From the NCBI GenBank assembly GCA_965202665.1, contig OZ241841.1, positions 1,920,001-1,984,000 of the forward strand: DNA of 64,000 nucleotides, given 5' to 3'. The notes below the pieces were generated by a model. The model was not told where the DNA came from, made no database searches, and saw only the letters and a list, made by a program, of their open reading frames with translations. The DNA is from Candidatus Spongiisociaceae bacterium (lineage in GTDB: Bacteria; Actinomycetota; Acidimicrobiia; Spongiisociales; Spongiisociaceae). The translations under genes were made by a program, and so were the position numbers. This document shows, piece after piece, positions 55,116 to 64,000 of this stretch; the first letter of the stretch is position 1, and each line of letters begins with the position of its first letter.

Positions 55116-57734
55116 TTACCGCTTGCGGGGGGAGCGCGGTTTGGGCGGCCATTTGCCGTCGTCTTTGAGTTTTTGCCGGCGGGCGGCCAACAACTCGGCG
55201 GCCCGCTCCAAGGTCAGCCCCTCCACCGTGTCGCCTTTCCGCAGGCTGGCGTTGACCACCCCGTCCGACACGTACAACCCGTAACGGCCGTCCTTTACCG
55301 TCACCGCCCCGCCCGACTCCGGGTCGTTCCCCAACTCTTTGAGCGGAGGGGCGGAGCCGCGGCCTCTCCGATCCGGTTTGGGCTGGTTGAACTTGGCCGT
55401 CGCTTCCTCCAGGGTGATTTCCAAGATCTGCCGTTCCGAGTCCAAGTCGCGGGTTTCGAAACCCATCTTCAGATAGGGTCCGTACCGTCCATTGCTGGCC
55501 ATGATCGCCTCCCCGGTGCCGGGGTGGCGGCCCACCTCCCGGGGGATGGACAGCAGGCGCAGGGCGTCGTCCAAGCTGAGCGCGTCCAGTTCCATGTCTT
55601 TGAACAGGGAAGCCCGTTTCGGTTTGCTCTTGGCGCCGCCCTCCCCCAGTTGCACGTACGGGCCGTAGCGTCCGGTCAGCCCCAGCACCACCAGGCCGCT
55701 GTCCGGATCGGTGCCCAGAATCTTCTGGTCGGGCGGTTCCGAGGCGGCCTCCAGCAACGCGGCCGCCCGTTCCAAGGTGAGCTCGTCGGGCGGCAGGTCG
55801 GGGGGTATGGAAGCCCGGCTTTCCCCCCTGACCAGATAAGGCCCGTAGCGGCCCGACCGGGCGTGCACCGACCGGCCCAGTTCGTCGTCGCCGATGTGAA
55901 GGTCCAGTTTCTCGTAGTCGATGCTCCCGATGTTATCGGAGGAAATCATCTTTTGCAGTCCCGGGGCGCCGTTGCCGTAGAAGAAACGGCGCAGCCAGGG
56001 GGCGCGTTCCTGTTCTCCCCGGGCGATGCGGTCCAAATCGTCCTCCATGCGGGCGGTGAAACCGAAATCCACCAGTTCCTCGAAGTAGTTCTCCAGCAGG
56101 GCCACGGTGGTGAAAGCCGTTACGGAGGGGACCAGGGCCGGGCCCTTTTTCCAGACGTATTCGCGTTCGATGATGCGGCTCATGATGCTGGCGTAGGTGG
56201 AAGGGCGCCCGATGCCCTGTTCCTCCAGTTCCTTCACCAACGACGCTTCCGTGAAACGGGCGGGGGGTTTGGTTTGATGATGCTTGGCGTTCACCTCCCG
56301 GGCGGTGGTCGGGTCGTCCGCCGCCAAGTCGGGCAACAGCCGTTCCCGATCCTCCAGTTCCGCTTCTGGGTCGTCGGAGCCCGCCACGTACACCCGCAGG
56401 AAACCGGGGAAGGTGATGGTTTTGCCGGAGGCGGTGAACTCCAGCTCCGTTCCCGCGGCCGTCTCCCCGCCCAGCACCACCTTGGTGAGGGAGCCGCGGG
56501 CGGGGGCCATCTGCGAGGCCAGGGTGCGGTTCCAAATCAGTTCGTACAGGGCCTGCTGATCTTTGTCGTTCACTTGCGCCGCCACCTGCCGGGGGTCGCG
56601 CCACGAATCACCGGCGGGCCGGATGGCCTCGTGGGCCTCCTGGGCGTTTTTGACCTTGCCGGCGTAACGTCTCGGTTTTGCCGACAGGTATTCGGAACCG
56701 AACCTTTCTTGGATGATGCGACGAGCCTGGTCCACCGCGCTCTGGGCGAGGGAGGTGCTGTCGGTGCGCATATAGGTTATGTACCCGCTTTCGTACAGGC
56801 CCTGGGCGGCCCGCATGGTGCGGGAGGCGTTGAACCGGCGCTTGCGGGAGGCTTCCTGTTGCAGGGTGGAGGTGCGGAAAGGAGGGTAGGGGTTGTTGGT
56901 GTAAGGCTTGTTGTCCACGGAGCGGACCGGGAAGGAGCCGCCCTGCGCTTCCCCGGCCAAGGCCGCCGCCCGAGCCTGATCCAAAAGAACCGCCCGTTGG
57001 TTGGTCAGCTCCCCCTGTTGGTTGAAATCCTTGCCGTTGGCCGGGGCGGTTCCGTCGATGGCGGACAGGCGGGCGGTGAACGACTCGTCGGAGCGGGTGA
57101 CGAACACCCCTTCCAAGTCCCACCACTCCGCCGAACGGTGGGCCATCCGCTCCCGTTCCCGTTGCACCACCATCCGCACCGCCACGCTCTGCACCCGCCC
57201 CGCCGACAGGCCGGATTTCACCTTGGCCCACAGCACCGGCGACAGCCCCCACCCCACCAGGCGGTCCAGGGCGCGGCGCGCCTCCTGGGCGTCCACCAGG
57301 TCCTGGTTGATGTCGCGGGGGTTCTCCAAGGCGGCCGCGATGGCTTCGCGGGTGATCTCGTGAAACACCATGCGACGCACCGGCACCTGCGGGTTCAGCA
57401 CCTCCTTCAGATGCCAGGCGATGGCCTCCCCTTCGCGGTCCTCATCGGTGGCCAGAAACAGCTGGGAGACGCCGCGGAGCTTGCCTTTCAGATCGTTGAT
57501 GATTTTCCGGGCTCTGGCCGACACCACGTACAGCGGTTGGAAATCATCCTCTACGTTGATGCCCCAGTCCTTGGCCCACTGCTGGTCGCGGTAACCCTTC
57601 GGGATGTCCTTTTGGGAGCCGGGCAGGTCGCGTATGTGCCCCACCGAAGACTCCACCTGGTACTCCGGGCCCAGGAAGGCTTTGATGGTGCGGGCCTTGG
57701 TAGGCGACTCGACGATTAGCAGTGATTTGGCCAT
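55116..57734 (-). CDS. topA: DNA topoisomerase I with actinobacterial C-terminal repeats
   Basis: LIVESPTKA, ATDEDREGE, SAGRVQS, YITYMRTD, EAHEAIRP, repeated GRYGPY. Confidence 0.96.
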   Translation of the reverse strand: MAKSLLIVESPTKARTIKAFLGPEYQVESSVGHIRDLPGSQKDIPKGYRDQQWAKDWGINVEDDFQPLYVVSARARKIINDLKGKLRGVSQLFLATDEDREGEAIAWHLKEVLNPQVPVRRMVFHEITREAIAAALENPRDINQDLVDAQEARRALDRLVGWGLSPVLWAKVKSGLSAGRVQSVAVRMVVQRERERMAHRSAEWWDLEGVFVTRSDESFTARLSAIDGTAPANGKDFNQQGELTNQRAVLLDQARAAALAGEAQGGSFPVRSVDNKPYTNNPYPPFRTSTLQQEASRKRRFNASRTMRAAQGLYESGYITYMRTDSTSLAQSAVDQARRIIQERFGSEYLSAKPRRYAGKVKNAQEAHEAIRPAGDSWRDPRQVAAQVNDKDQQALYELIWNRTLASQMAPARGSLTKVVLGGETAAGTELEFTASGKTITFPGFLRVYVAGSDDPEAELEDRERLLPDLAADDPTTAREVNAKHHQTKPPARFTEASLVKELEEQGIGRPSTYASIMSRIIEREYVWKKGPALVPSVTAFTTVALLENYFEELVDFGFTARMEDDLDRIARGEQERAPWLRRFFYGNGAPGLQKMISSDNIGSIDYEKLDLHIGDDELGRSVHARSGRYGPYLVRGESRASIPPDLPPDELTLERAAALLEAASEPPDQKILGTDPDSGLVVLGLTGRYGPYVQLGEGGAKSKPKRASLFKDMELDALSLDDALRLLSIPREVGRHPGTGEAIMASNGRYGPYLKMGFETRDLDSERQILEITLEEATAKFNQPKPDRRGRGSAPPLKELGNDPESGGAVTVKDGRYGLYVSDGVVNASLRKGDTVEGLTLERAAELLAARRQKLKDDGKWPPKPRSPRKR

Positions 57735-57839
57735 AGGATTCCTATAGATACCCCACCGGTGCGACATTTGTCAAACGGGGGAAAATCATACTAGCCGGTT
57801 TCCTGGTAGTTTTAGCGGGTCGCCGACCCCGGAGGGCCC

Positions 57840-59186
57840 CTGTTACGCCGTGGACCATTCGCCAGACTGTGGTGGGCCAGCGCCGCCTCATCCTGGGGGG
57901 ACTGGATCACCTTCTTCGCCACTTTGGTGTTGGCCAACCGCATCGGCGGCAACAGCGCGGTGCTGGTGCCGCTCATCAGCCGCATCGTACCCGGGCTGGC
58001 CCTGGGGTCGCTGGCCGGGGTGGTGGCCGACCGTTACGACCGCAAGTTCCTGATGCTGGTTTCGGATTTCGGACGGGGGGCGGTGGTGTTGCTGTTTTTG
58101 TTCGCCCAAAACTTGGTGATGCTGGCGGTCATCTCCGCCCTGCTGGAGGTGCTGACCATGATCCGCCAGCCGGCCCGGGAGGCGGCCATACCCACCTTGG
58201 TTCCGCAAAAGAAGTTGATGCAGGCCAACAGCCTGTCGCTGGCCGCCGCCTACGGGACCGCCCCGCTGGGGGCGGCCGCTTGGTCGGGATTGGCCGCCCT
58301 GTTCGCGCTGGCGGGGGCGATGGGCCCCATAGACCGGGGGCCCGATCTGGCTTTTGCGGTGGATTCAATCACCTTCTTCATCTCCGGGGCGCTGGTGTGG
58401 AGCATCCCCATACCCAAGCCGGAACTGGCGGAGCGGTTGCCCGCCGAGCGCATCCGCTTCGACTGGCGGCAGCCGATCCGGGATCTGGTGGACGGGTTTG
58501 CGTTCGTGATCGGCACCAAGTCGGTGCGGCGGGTGGTGCTGGGGATGGCGGTGGCCCTCTTCGGAGGCGGGGCTCTGCTTCCTTTGGGACAGTCGTTCGC
58601 CCGGGACGTGCTGGGGGCGGGGGAGACCGGTTTCGGTTTTCTGGTCACCGCCCTGGGGGTGGGGGTGGGGGTGGGGATGTTGGGGGTGGCCCTTTTCGGC
58701 AGCCGGGGGGCCCGGCACGATCTGGCCTACGCCCTGGGGCTGTGCGCCGCCGGGGTGGCGGTGGGGCTGATGTCCTTCGCCGAAACCATTTGGGGGGCTT
58801 CGGGGTGGAGCATCGTGGCCGGGGCGGGCACCGGATTCGCCTATGTGATGGGATTCACCCATCTGCATCACATAGTGGACGACACCCTCCGGGGACGCAC
58901 CTTCGCCGCCCTGTTCACTTTGGTGCGCAGCGCCATGCTGGTGTCGTTCACCGTGGCGGTGCTGGTGGCTTCCGGGTTGGACGGTCGCTTCCCCGCTCCT
59001 TTCGACAACGGGATTCGCAACGTGTTCGCCATAGCCGGGGGGCTGATCGTGATCACGGGGGCGGTGTCGGTGTTGAGCATCCGTTCCGGCCTGCGCCCCT
59101 CCCTGTCGGCGGAGATGCGGGAATCCTTGGAGGACGCCTCCCACGCCTTGGGCGGGGTGAAAGGCAAACGCAAGGAAAGCCGATGA
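57840..59186 (+). CDS. MFS transporter (probable CTG start at 57840; ORF caller uses 57924)
   Basis: In-frame FARLWWASAASSWGDW TM1 lies upstream of 57924; GVVADRYDRK motif A; GGAGG at 57831-57835. Confidence 0.85.
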   Translation: MLRRGPFARLWWASAASSWGDWITFFATLVLANRIGGNSAVLVPLISRIVPGLALGSLAGVVADRYDRKFLMLVSDFGRGAVVLLFLFAQNLVMLAVISALLEVLTMIRQPAREAAIPTLVPQKKLMQANSLSLAAAYGTAPLGAAAWSGLAALFALAGAMGPIDRGPDLAFAVDSITFFISGALVWSIPIPKPELAERLPAERIRFDWRQPIRDLVDGFAFVIGTKSVRRVVLGMAVALFGGGALLPLGQSFARDVLGAGETGFGFLVTALGVGVGVGMLGVALFGSRGARHDLAYALGLCAAGVAVGLMSFAETIWGASGWSIVAGAGTGFAYVMGFTHLHHIVDDTLRGRTFAALFTLVRSAMLVSFTVAVLVASGLDGRFPAPFDNGIRNVFAIAGGLIVITGAVSVLSIRSGLRPSLSAEMRESLEDASHALGGVKGKRKESR

Positions 59187-59866
59187 GCTTCTACATAGCC
59201 TTGGAGGGCATCGACGGAGCGGGCAAAACCAGTTGCCAGGCGGAACTGGCGCGATGGTTGCGGGGGCAGGGGCAGGAGGTGGTATGCGTACGGGAACCGG
59301 GCTACACGGACATTGGCAAGTTCATACGCCAGTACATATTAAGACGGTCCGTTGATATTTCGCTTTGGGGGGAAGCCGCGATGTTCGCAGCGGACCGGGC
59401 TGAGCTGGTTGCCAAAACGATACTTCCCGCCCTGGATCGGGGCGAGTGGGTGTTGAGCGATCGGTCGGTTTATTCTTCCTTGGCCTACCAAGGTTTGGCG
59501 CAAGACTTGGGCTTGGATGCGGTCCGACGTGTGAATGAGGAGGTGATGGACGGTGTTTGGCCCCACCTCGTCGTGTTATTGGAAGTAGAAACGGGGCTAG
59601 GTTTATCCCGTCAGGAGGACGCTGATCGTATTGGGGGGAAAGATCGATGCTTCATGTCCTTAGTGTCGTACGCCTATGATCAGTTGGCGGAGCGGGAGCC
59701 TGAATTATTTGTGCGGGTTGAAGCCCGAAGCCCTGTCGAATTGGTCGTTCAGCAGGTGGCAAGGCGGATCAGGGAATCGCAAAACCTCACTTTATGGACC
59801 GGAGAATGGGTGCATGAGGAGGATCCTTCATCATTTGAACCAGTCCTTCAATACGGGGATGGATAG
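59183..59866 (+). CDS. tmk: Thymidylate kinase
   Basis: IALEGIDGAGKT, REPG, FAADRA, LSDR...SSLAYQG. Confidence 0.93.
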   Translation: MSFYIALEGIDGAGKTSCQAELARWLRGQGQEVVCVREPGYTDIGKFIRQYILRRSVDISLWGEAAMFAADRAELVAKTILPALDRGEWVLSDRSVYSSLAYQGLAQDLGLDAVRRVNEEVMDGVWPHLVVLLEVETGLGLSRQEDADRIGGKDRCFMSLVSYAYDQLAEREPELFVRVEARSPVELVVQQVARRIRESQNLTLWTGEWVHEEDPSSFEPVLQYGDG

Positions 59867-59874
59867 GTTACGTT

Positions 59875-60933
59875 GTGATATTTGAGGGCGTCATCGGACA
59901 TGGGGCGGTTTGCGAACAGCTGGAGAAGGAGGCGCAGTCGCCCGGTCATGCCTATCTGTTTGCGGGCCCGCCCAACTTGGGCAAGGCCTTCGTCGCTTTG
60001 GAGTTCGCCGCCCGGTTGGTGGGGGCGCGGGGAGCGGATCGGGAACGGGTGCGGCGGCGCAGCCATCCGGATGTGGCGGTGCTGGGCCCGGAAGGGAAAA
60101 CCGGACTGGGGGTGGAGCAGGCCCGGGCCGCCATCGCCGCCGCCGGACTGCAACCGGTGGAAAGCGACCGCAAGGTTTTCATCTTCGACGACGGTTCCAT
60201 GATGACCGAAGCGGCGGCCAACGCCCTGCTCAAAACTTTGGAGGAGCCGTCGGCCAGCACCGTAATGATCATCGTGGCGGATGCGGAGGAAGACCTGCCG
60301 GCCACGGTGGCCAGCCGTTGCCGCACCCTTCGTTTCGGGCGGGTGCCGGACAGGGAACTAGCCCGGGCCCTGACCGAATGGGGCCTCAGCGAAGAGCGGG
60401 CCGGGGAGACGGCACGCATCGCCATGGGACGTCCCGGTTTGGCCCTCACCTTCGTGGACCGCCCGGAGGTGGGTGAGTTCCGCCGCCGCTGGCTGTCGGT
60501 CCCCGGCCGGGTGACCTCCCGACCCGGCGACGCTTTCCGATTGGCGGACGAGATGCTGGAGGCATCCGCCCCGTTGCTGGCGGCTTTGGATGAGAGCCAA
60601 AGCAGGGAGGCGGAGGAGGAGCGGGCGCGGGGGGCCGAGGTTCCCCGATCCGTTTTGGACAGCCGCGAACGGGCCCGCCAACGGGCCGGTTCTTCGCTGA
60701 CCGCGGCCGGGTTGGAAATGTTGGCTTCCTGGTACGTGGACGCCATCGCCGCCCAGCACGGGGCGCCGGTGCGCAACCCGGATCTGCCAGCGGCCGAGCT
60801 GGCCAAAATCAGGCCCCGCCGGGCGGTGCGCTCGGCGGAGCTGACCTTGCAGGCCGCGGCCCGACTTCGCATCTATCAGCGCCCCCGGTTGGTCCTGGCT
60901 TGGTTGTTCGCCGGACTTGGCGCCGATACCTAG
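59875..60933 (+). CDS. holB: DNA polymerase III delta-prime subunit
   Basis: HAYLFAGP, HPDV, AANALLKTLEEP, TVASRC; follows tmk. Confidence 0.9.
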   Translation: MIFEGVIGHGAVCEQLEKEAQSPGHAYLFAGPPNLGKAFVALEFAARLVGARGADRERVRRRSHPDVAVLGPEGKTGLGVEQARAAIAAAGLQPVESDRKVFIFDDGSMMTEAAANALLKTLEEPSASTVMIIVADAEEDLPATVASRCRTLRFGRVPDRELARALTEWGLSEERAGETARIAMGRPGLALTFVDRPEVGEFRRRWLSVPGRVTSRPGDAFRLADEMLEASAPLLAALDESQSREAEEERARGAEVPRSVLDSRERARQRAGSSLTAAGLEMLASWYVDAIAAQHGAPVRNPDLPAAELAKIRPRRAVRSAELTLQAAARLRIYQRPRLVLAWLFAGLGADT

Positions 60934-61558
60934 CTTCGGCCGGGGGCGGCGGGCGCTGTGGCGGCTCAGTTGGCCGGCGGCGCGGGCGGCGGCGGCGGCG
61001 GCGCCGTTGACGGTGGAGCGGCGGGGGCCCATTCCCCGGGGGGCGATGGTGGCGGCCGTCAATCATTTTTCCTTTCTGGATCCGCTGATGGCGGGGCTGG
61101 CCCTGCGTCGTCCGGTGCGATTTTTGGCTTTGGATGAACTGTGGGGGCAAAGCCGTTTGCTGGACGGCGCCCTGGCTTCCTTCGGGGCCATTCCCCTGCC
61201 CCGCGAGAACCGCGTTCCGTTGCGGGCTTTGCGGGCCGCGATCGGTCATCTGCGCGAGGGCGGGGCGGCGGGGGTGTTTCCCGAAGGGCGGCGAACGGCG
61301 GCGTGGGGGGAATCCCCTTTCCGTCCGGGGGCGGCTTGGCTGGCGTTGCGCACCGGGGCCCCGGTAGTTCCGGTTGCGTTGTGGGGAACCCAAAATGTCA
61401 TGCCCCTTTCCGGGTGGGTGCGACGGGGGCCGGTGCGGGCGGTAGTTTGTCCGGCGGTTCATCCCGCCCATTACCTGGATCATCCACAACCGCGCTCCGC
61501 CCTCACCGAGGCGGTGCGGGCGGCCATAGAGGCCGAGCTTCGCCGCTTCTCCGGCTGA
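60917..61558 (+). CDS. Lysophospholipid acyltransferase (PlsC-like)
   Basis: NHFSFLD (NHx4D), VFPEGRR, PVVPV. Confidence 0.88.
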   Translation: MAPIPSFGRGRRALWRLSWPAARAAAAAAPLTVERRGPIPRGAMVAAVNHFSFLDPLMAGLALRRPVRFLALDELWGQSRLLDGALASFGAIPLPRENRVPLRALRAAIGHLREGGAAGVFPEGRRTAAWGESPFRPGAAWLALRTGAPVVPVALWGTQNVMPLSGWVRRGPVRAVVCPAVHPAHYLDHPQPRSALTEAVRAAIEAELRRFSG

Positions 61559-61619
61559 CGGAGGACGCGCCCGGCGGCGGTTGGTTTTGGCGGGCGGTTG
61601 GGTTATGATGGAGCATTCC

Positions 61620-61692
61620 GCCGGGGTAGCTCAGTCGGCAGAGCGGCTCACTCGTAATGAGCAGGTCAGGGGTTCGATTCCCCTCCTCGGCT
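61620..61692 (+). tRNA. tRNA-Thr (CGT); CCA not encoded
   Basis: Acceptor stem GCCGGGG/CCTCGGC; D arm TAGCTCAGTCGGCAGAGC; anticodon arm GCTCA-CTCGTAA-TGAGC; T loop GGTTCGATTCC. Confidence 0.95.
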
Positions 61693-61840
61693 CCCAGACC
61701 GAGCCGGCAAGGCGCGGTCGTGCAAACCAACCCGATCGGGATATCGGCAGTTGAACGCGGTATCTTTGCTGAAAGCGGTCATCGGTTTGGGTCAAGTCAC
61801 GGTGGCCCGAGCGGCAACGGGAAAGGAGACGGAGAGCCTA

Positions 61841-62422
61841 ATGGCGGACAGGGAAAACTTCGAGCGGGACGCGTTTCCCTACGCGCACGCCCTTTATTCC
61901 TACGCCCTGCGCATGGCGTCCAGCCCACAGGACGCCGAAGACTTGGTGCAGGAGACGTTCCTGAAGGCCTACCGCTCCTATGACCAGTTCACCGAGGGCA
62001 CCAACCTGCGGGCCTGGCTGTACCGCATCCTCACCAACACCTATTTTAAGCAGTACCGCCAACGTCAGACCCGGCCCCGGGAACTGCAACTGGACGGGGT
62101 GGATGATTTCTACCTGTTCCACAAAATGCTCCCGGCGGAGGTGGACGACCCCTCTTTAATTTCGGTGGAGGCTAAAGTGGTGGAGTCAATGTTGGCCGAA
62201 GATGTGCGCCGGGCCATAGATCGGCTCCCGGAGCAATATCGCGTGCCTATACTATTGGCGGACCTGGAGGGCTTCTCCTACAAGGAAATCGCCTCAATGT
62301 TGGAAATCCCGATAGGGACGGTCATGTCGCGGCTGTCCCGGGGACGAAAAGGGTTGCAGCAGGCGTTGTGGGAGGTAGCCGAAAAACAAGGGCTGGTGAC
62401 GGAGGGAAACGATGGCCCTTAA
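61841..62422 (+). CDS. ECF sigma factor (SigH/SigR-like)
   Basis: [35 protein letters not shown]...[14 protein letters not shown]. Confidence 0.9.
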   Translation: MADRENFERDAFPYAHALYSYALRMASSPQDAEDLVQETFLKAYRSYDQFTEGTNLRAWLYRILTNTYFKQYRQRQTRPRELQLDGVDDFYLFHKMLPAEVDDPSLISVEAKVVESMLAEDVRRAIDRLPEQYRVPILLADLEGFSYKEIASMLEIPIGTVMSRLSRGRKGLQQALWEVAEKQGLVTEGNDGP

Positions 62423-62639
62423 CAAGCGTTGCGCGCATGTAGCCGCGCTGGTAGAAAGATATATCGACGGTGAGTTGCGCCGGTTGCGTCGGACGCAGGT
62501 GCGCCTCCATCTCCGCAACTGCCCCTTTTGCGAGAAGGCCATGCAATTCCAAAGGAACCTGCGTGTTTCCATCCGGCGCAAAGTACATCTGAACGCCCCT
62601 CCCGAATTGTTAGAACGCATCCGCCGCACCCTCAGCTGA
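62412..62639 (+). CDS. Zinc-binding anti-sigma factor (zf-HC2, RshA/RsrA-like)
   Basis: YIDGEL and HLRNCPFC (Hx3Cx2C); overlaps the sigma gene. Confidence 0.88.
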   Translation: MALNKRCAHVAALVERYIDGELRRLRRTQVRLHLRNCPFCEKAMQFQRNLRVSIRRKVHLNAPPELLERIRRTLS

Positions 62640-62663
62640 CTCTCCCTCCTCATTACCCAACCC

Positions 62664-63605
62664 ATGGCCCCCCTCCCACCGGCCCAACCGCTGGACGGAC
62701 TGCGGAGGCGGGTGGCCGCCTCCGCCACCAGCCCCTTCGGGCATGTGGACTATCCCCTGTCTGACACGTTGCGTTACCGGGGCGATCCGGGAATGTGCGG
62801 TCCCGGGTCTGTTTCCTGGAAGGTGATTGGCGACGTCGCCGCTTTCGCGGGCGGCATCCGGGCGTTGCTGGTCCAGTCCGCCCATCCGGAGGTGGCGGCG
62901 GGCGTGGCCCAGCATTCCCGGTATCAGGATGATCCGCTGGGCCGTCTGTCCCGCACCTCCGCCTATGTGACCGCTACCACTTTCGGGGCCCGCCCGGAGG
63001 CGGAGGCGGCCGTGCAACGGGTGCGGGACGCCCACCGGACGGTGCGGGGGATTTCCCACCGGGGACTGCCTTACGCGGCCGACGACCCCCCACTTTTGGC
63101 CTGGGTGCACAATGTGCTCACCGAGTCGTTTTTGGCCGCCAACCAGTTGTACGGGAGGGCGCCGCTCACCGCCGCCGAGGAGGACCGGTTCGTATCCGAG
63201 CAGGCCGTCATCGGGCGGCGGATGGGGGCCGACCCGGCGCCCGACCGGGCCGGTCGGTTGCGCCGATGGGTGGCTCGTCATCCCGACTTGGGCCCTTCGC
63301 CGGGGATGCGGCAGGCTTTGGATTTCCTGGCCGACCCGCCGTTGCCGCCGGCGCAGAAGGCCGGTTACCGGTTGCTTTACATGGGGGCGGCGGCTTCCCT
63401 GCCCGCGGAGATCCGCCGGGTGCTGGGGGTGCGGACCCGTCCGGGCGGGGTTTTCCTGGGCCGCCGGGCGGTTTCGTTTTTGCGGTGGGCGCTCGGGTCT
63501 TCCCCATCCTGGAATCTGGCTTTGCTCCGCACCGGTTCCCCAGTGCCCGCCGGCCTTTTCCGGCAACCGCTCCCCGAATCCTCTGCCTCAGGCGAAGGCC
63601 TTTGA
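62664..63605 (+). CDS. MpaB/DUF2236 oxygenase-family protein
   Basis: GPGSVSWKV, ALLVQSAHPEVAAGV.QHS, RLSRT, YAADDP.LLAWVH. Confidence 0.85.
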   Translation: MAPLPPAQPLDGLRRRVAASATSPFGHVDYPLSDTLRYRGDPGMCGPGSVSWKVIGDVAAFAGGIRALLVQSAHPEVAAGVAQHSRYQDDPLGRLSRTSAYVTATTFGARPEAEAAVQRVRDAHRTVRGISHRGLPYAADDPPLLAWVHNVLTESFLAANQLYGRAPLTAAEEDRFVSEQAVIGRRMGADPAPDRAGRLRRWVARHPDLGPSPGMRQALDFLADPPLPPAQKAGYRLLYMGAAASLPAEIRRVLGVRTRPGGVFLGRRAVSFLRWALGSSPSWNLALLRTGSPVPAGLFRQPLPESSASGEGL

Positions 63606-63617
63606 TCTCCAGAGCCG

Positions 63618-63700
63618 AAAAGAACGAACCCCGCGGCCGCGGGGTTCGTTGGCCCCGGGATATTGACACTCCCGGGGGTGGCATTTTGTTGTAACAACAG
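63618..63700 (-). ncRNA. Candidate small RNA, copy 1 (~83 nt, three hairpins, intrinsic terminator)
   Basis: Upstream TTGACA (63731-63736), 19 nt, TGnTATACT (63706-63711); ends in AACGAACCCCGCG-GC-CGCGGGGTTCGTT + CTTTT. Confidence 0.65.
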
Positions 63701-63854
63701 AAGTCAGTATAGCACAGGCTGGAGGCGATCTGTCAAATCGGTTCGCGGCGCGGTTCAAGAATTTGGAATTCTCGCGGGCGGGCCCGGGGCGGAGCCGTTC
63801 CGCCCTTGCTCCCCCTGGGGCTGCAGGTGTGAATATTCCTTCGGCTCGGTTCGA

Positions 63855-63937
63855 AAAAGAACGAACCCCGCGGCCGCGGGGTTCGTTGGGCCCGGGATAT
63901 TGACACTCCCGGGGGTGGCTTTGTGTTGCAACAACAG
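63855..63937 (-). ncRNA. Candidate small RNA, copy 2
   Basis: Four substitutions relative to copy 1; upstream TTGACA (63967-63972), 18 nt, TATATT (63943-63948); same terminator. Confidence 0.65.
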
Positions 63938-64000
63938 CGGTAAATATAACTTGGGGGTGGGGCTATTGTCAAGCCGATGACGCAAAGATCGCAACGGGTG

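Noticed and set aside
57869-59866. 665-aa ORF as an MFS-Tmk fusion
   Set aside because: The MFS is in a different frame ending at 59186; tmk starts at 59183 with an ATGA overlap
61620-61692. tRNA-Thr as an integration site
   Set aside because: No integrase nearby, and I saw no duplicated tRNA 3' end in the window
63663-63692. Plus-strand promoter from the TTGACA inside the repeat
   Set aside because: No TANNNT at 16-19 nt spacing in either copy
63618-63937. Repeat pair as a CRISPR array
   Set aside because: Only two units, 83 nt long with a 154-nt gap, no cas genes; each has its own promoter and terminator

Overview
High-GC actinobacterial chromosome segment, most likely Acidimicrobiia (inferred from SLH/FG-GAP surface proteins, an F420-type LLM enzyme and the conserved HAD-tad-DEAD helicase-hppA-topA-tmk-holB-tRNA-Thr gene order). 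In 1-27 kb, a minus-strand reductive pyrimidine catabolism operon (ABC transporter, ureidopropionase, aminotransferase, dihydropyrimidinase, MmsA, LLM oxidoreductase) is interrupted or abutted by lower-GC accessory DNA: a prim-pol/Mrr_N fusion, a GmrSD-Schlafen fusion, a SNF2-DUF3883/DUF1156/DUF499 system whose helicase is split at a C11 tract, and a tandem cassette (small ORF + Fic; small ORF + DUF2335) carrying an IS481 element. In 27-36 kb lie two tandem S-layer/beta-propeller paralogues, each with a G12 tract between its -35 and -10 boxes, followed by a fused MNT-HEPN gene. 36-63.6 kb is mostly core genes: Tad pilus, Zur/Zn uptake, two SLH proteins, K+-dependent PPase, topA, tmk, holB, tRNA-Thr and an ECF sigma/anti-sigma pair. 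The window ends with two near-identical ~83-nt candidate small-RNA genes, each with its own promoter and terminator. All calls come from motif reading by eye; no database searches were run.
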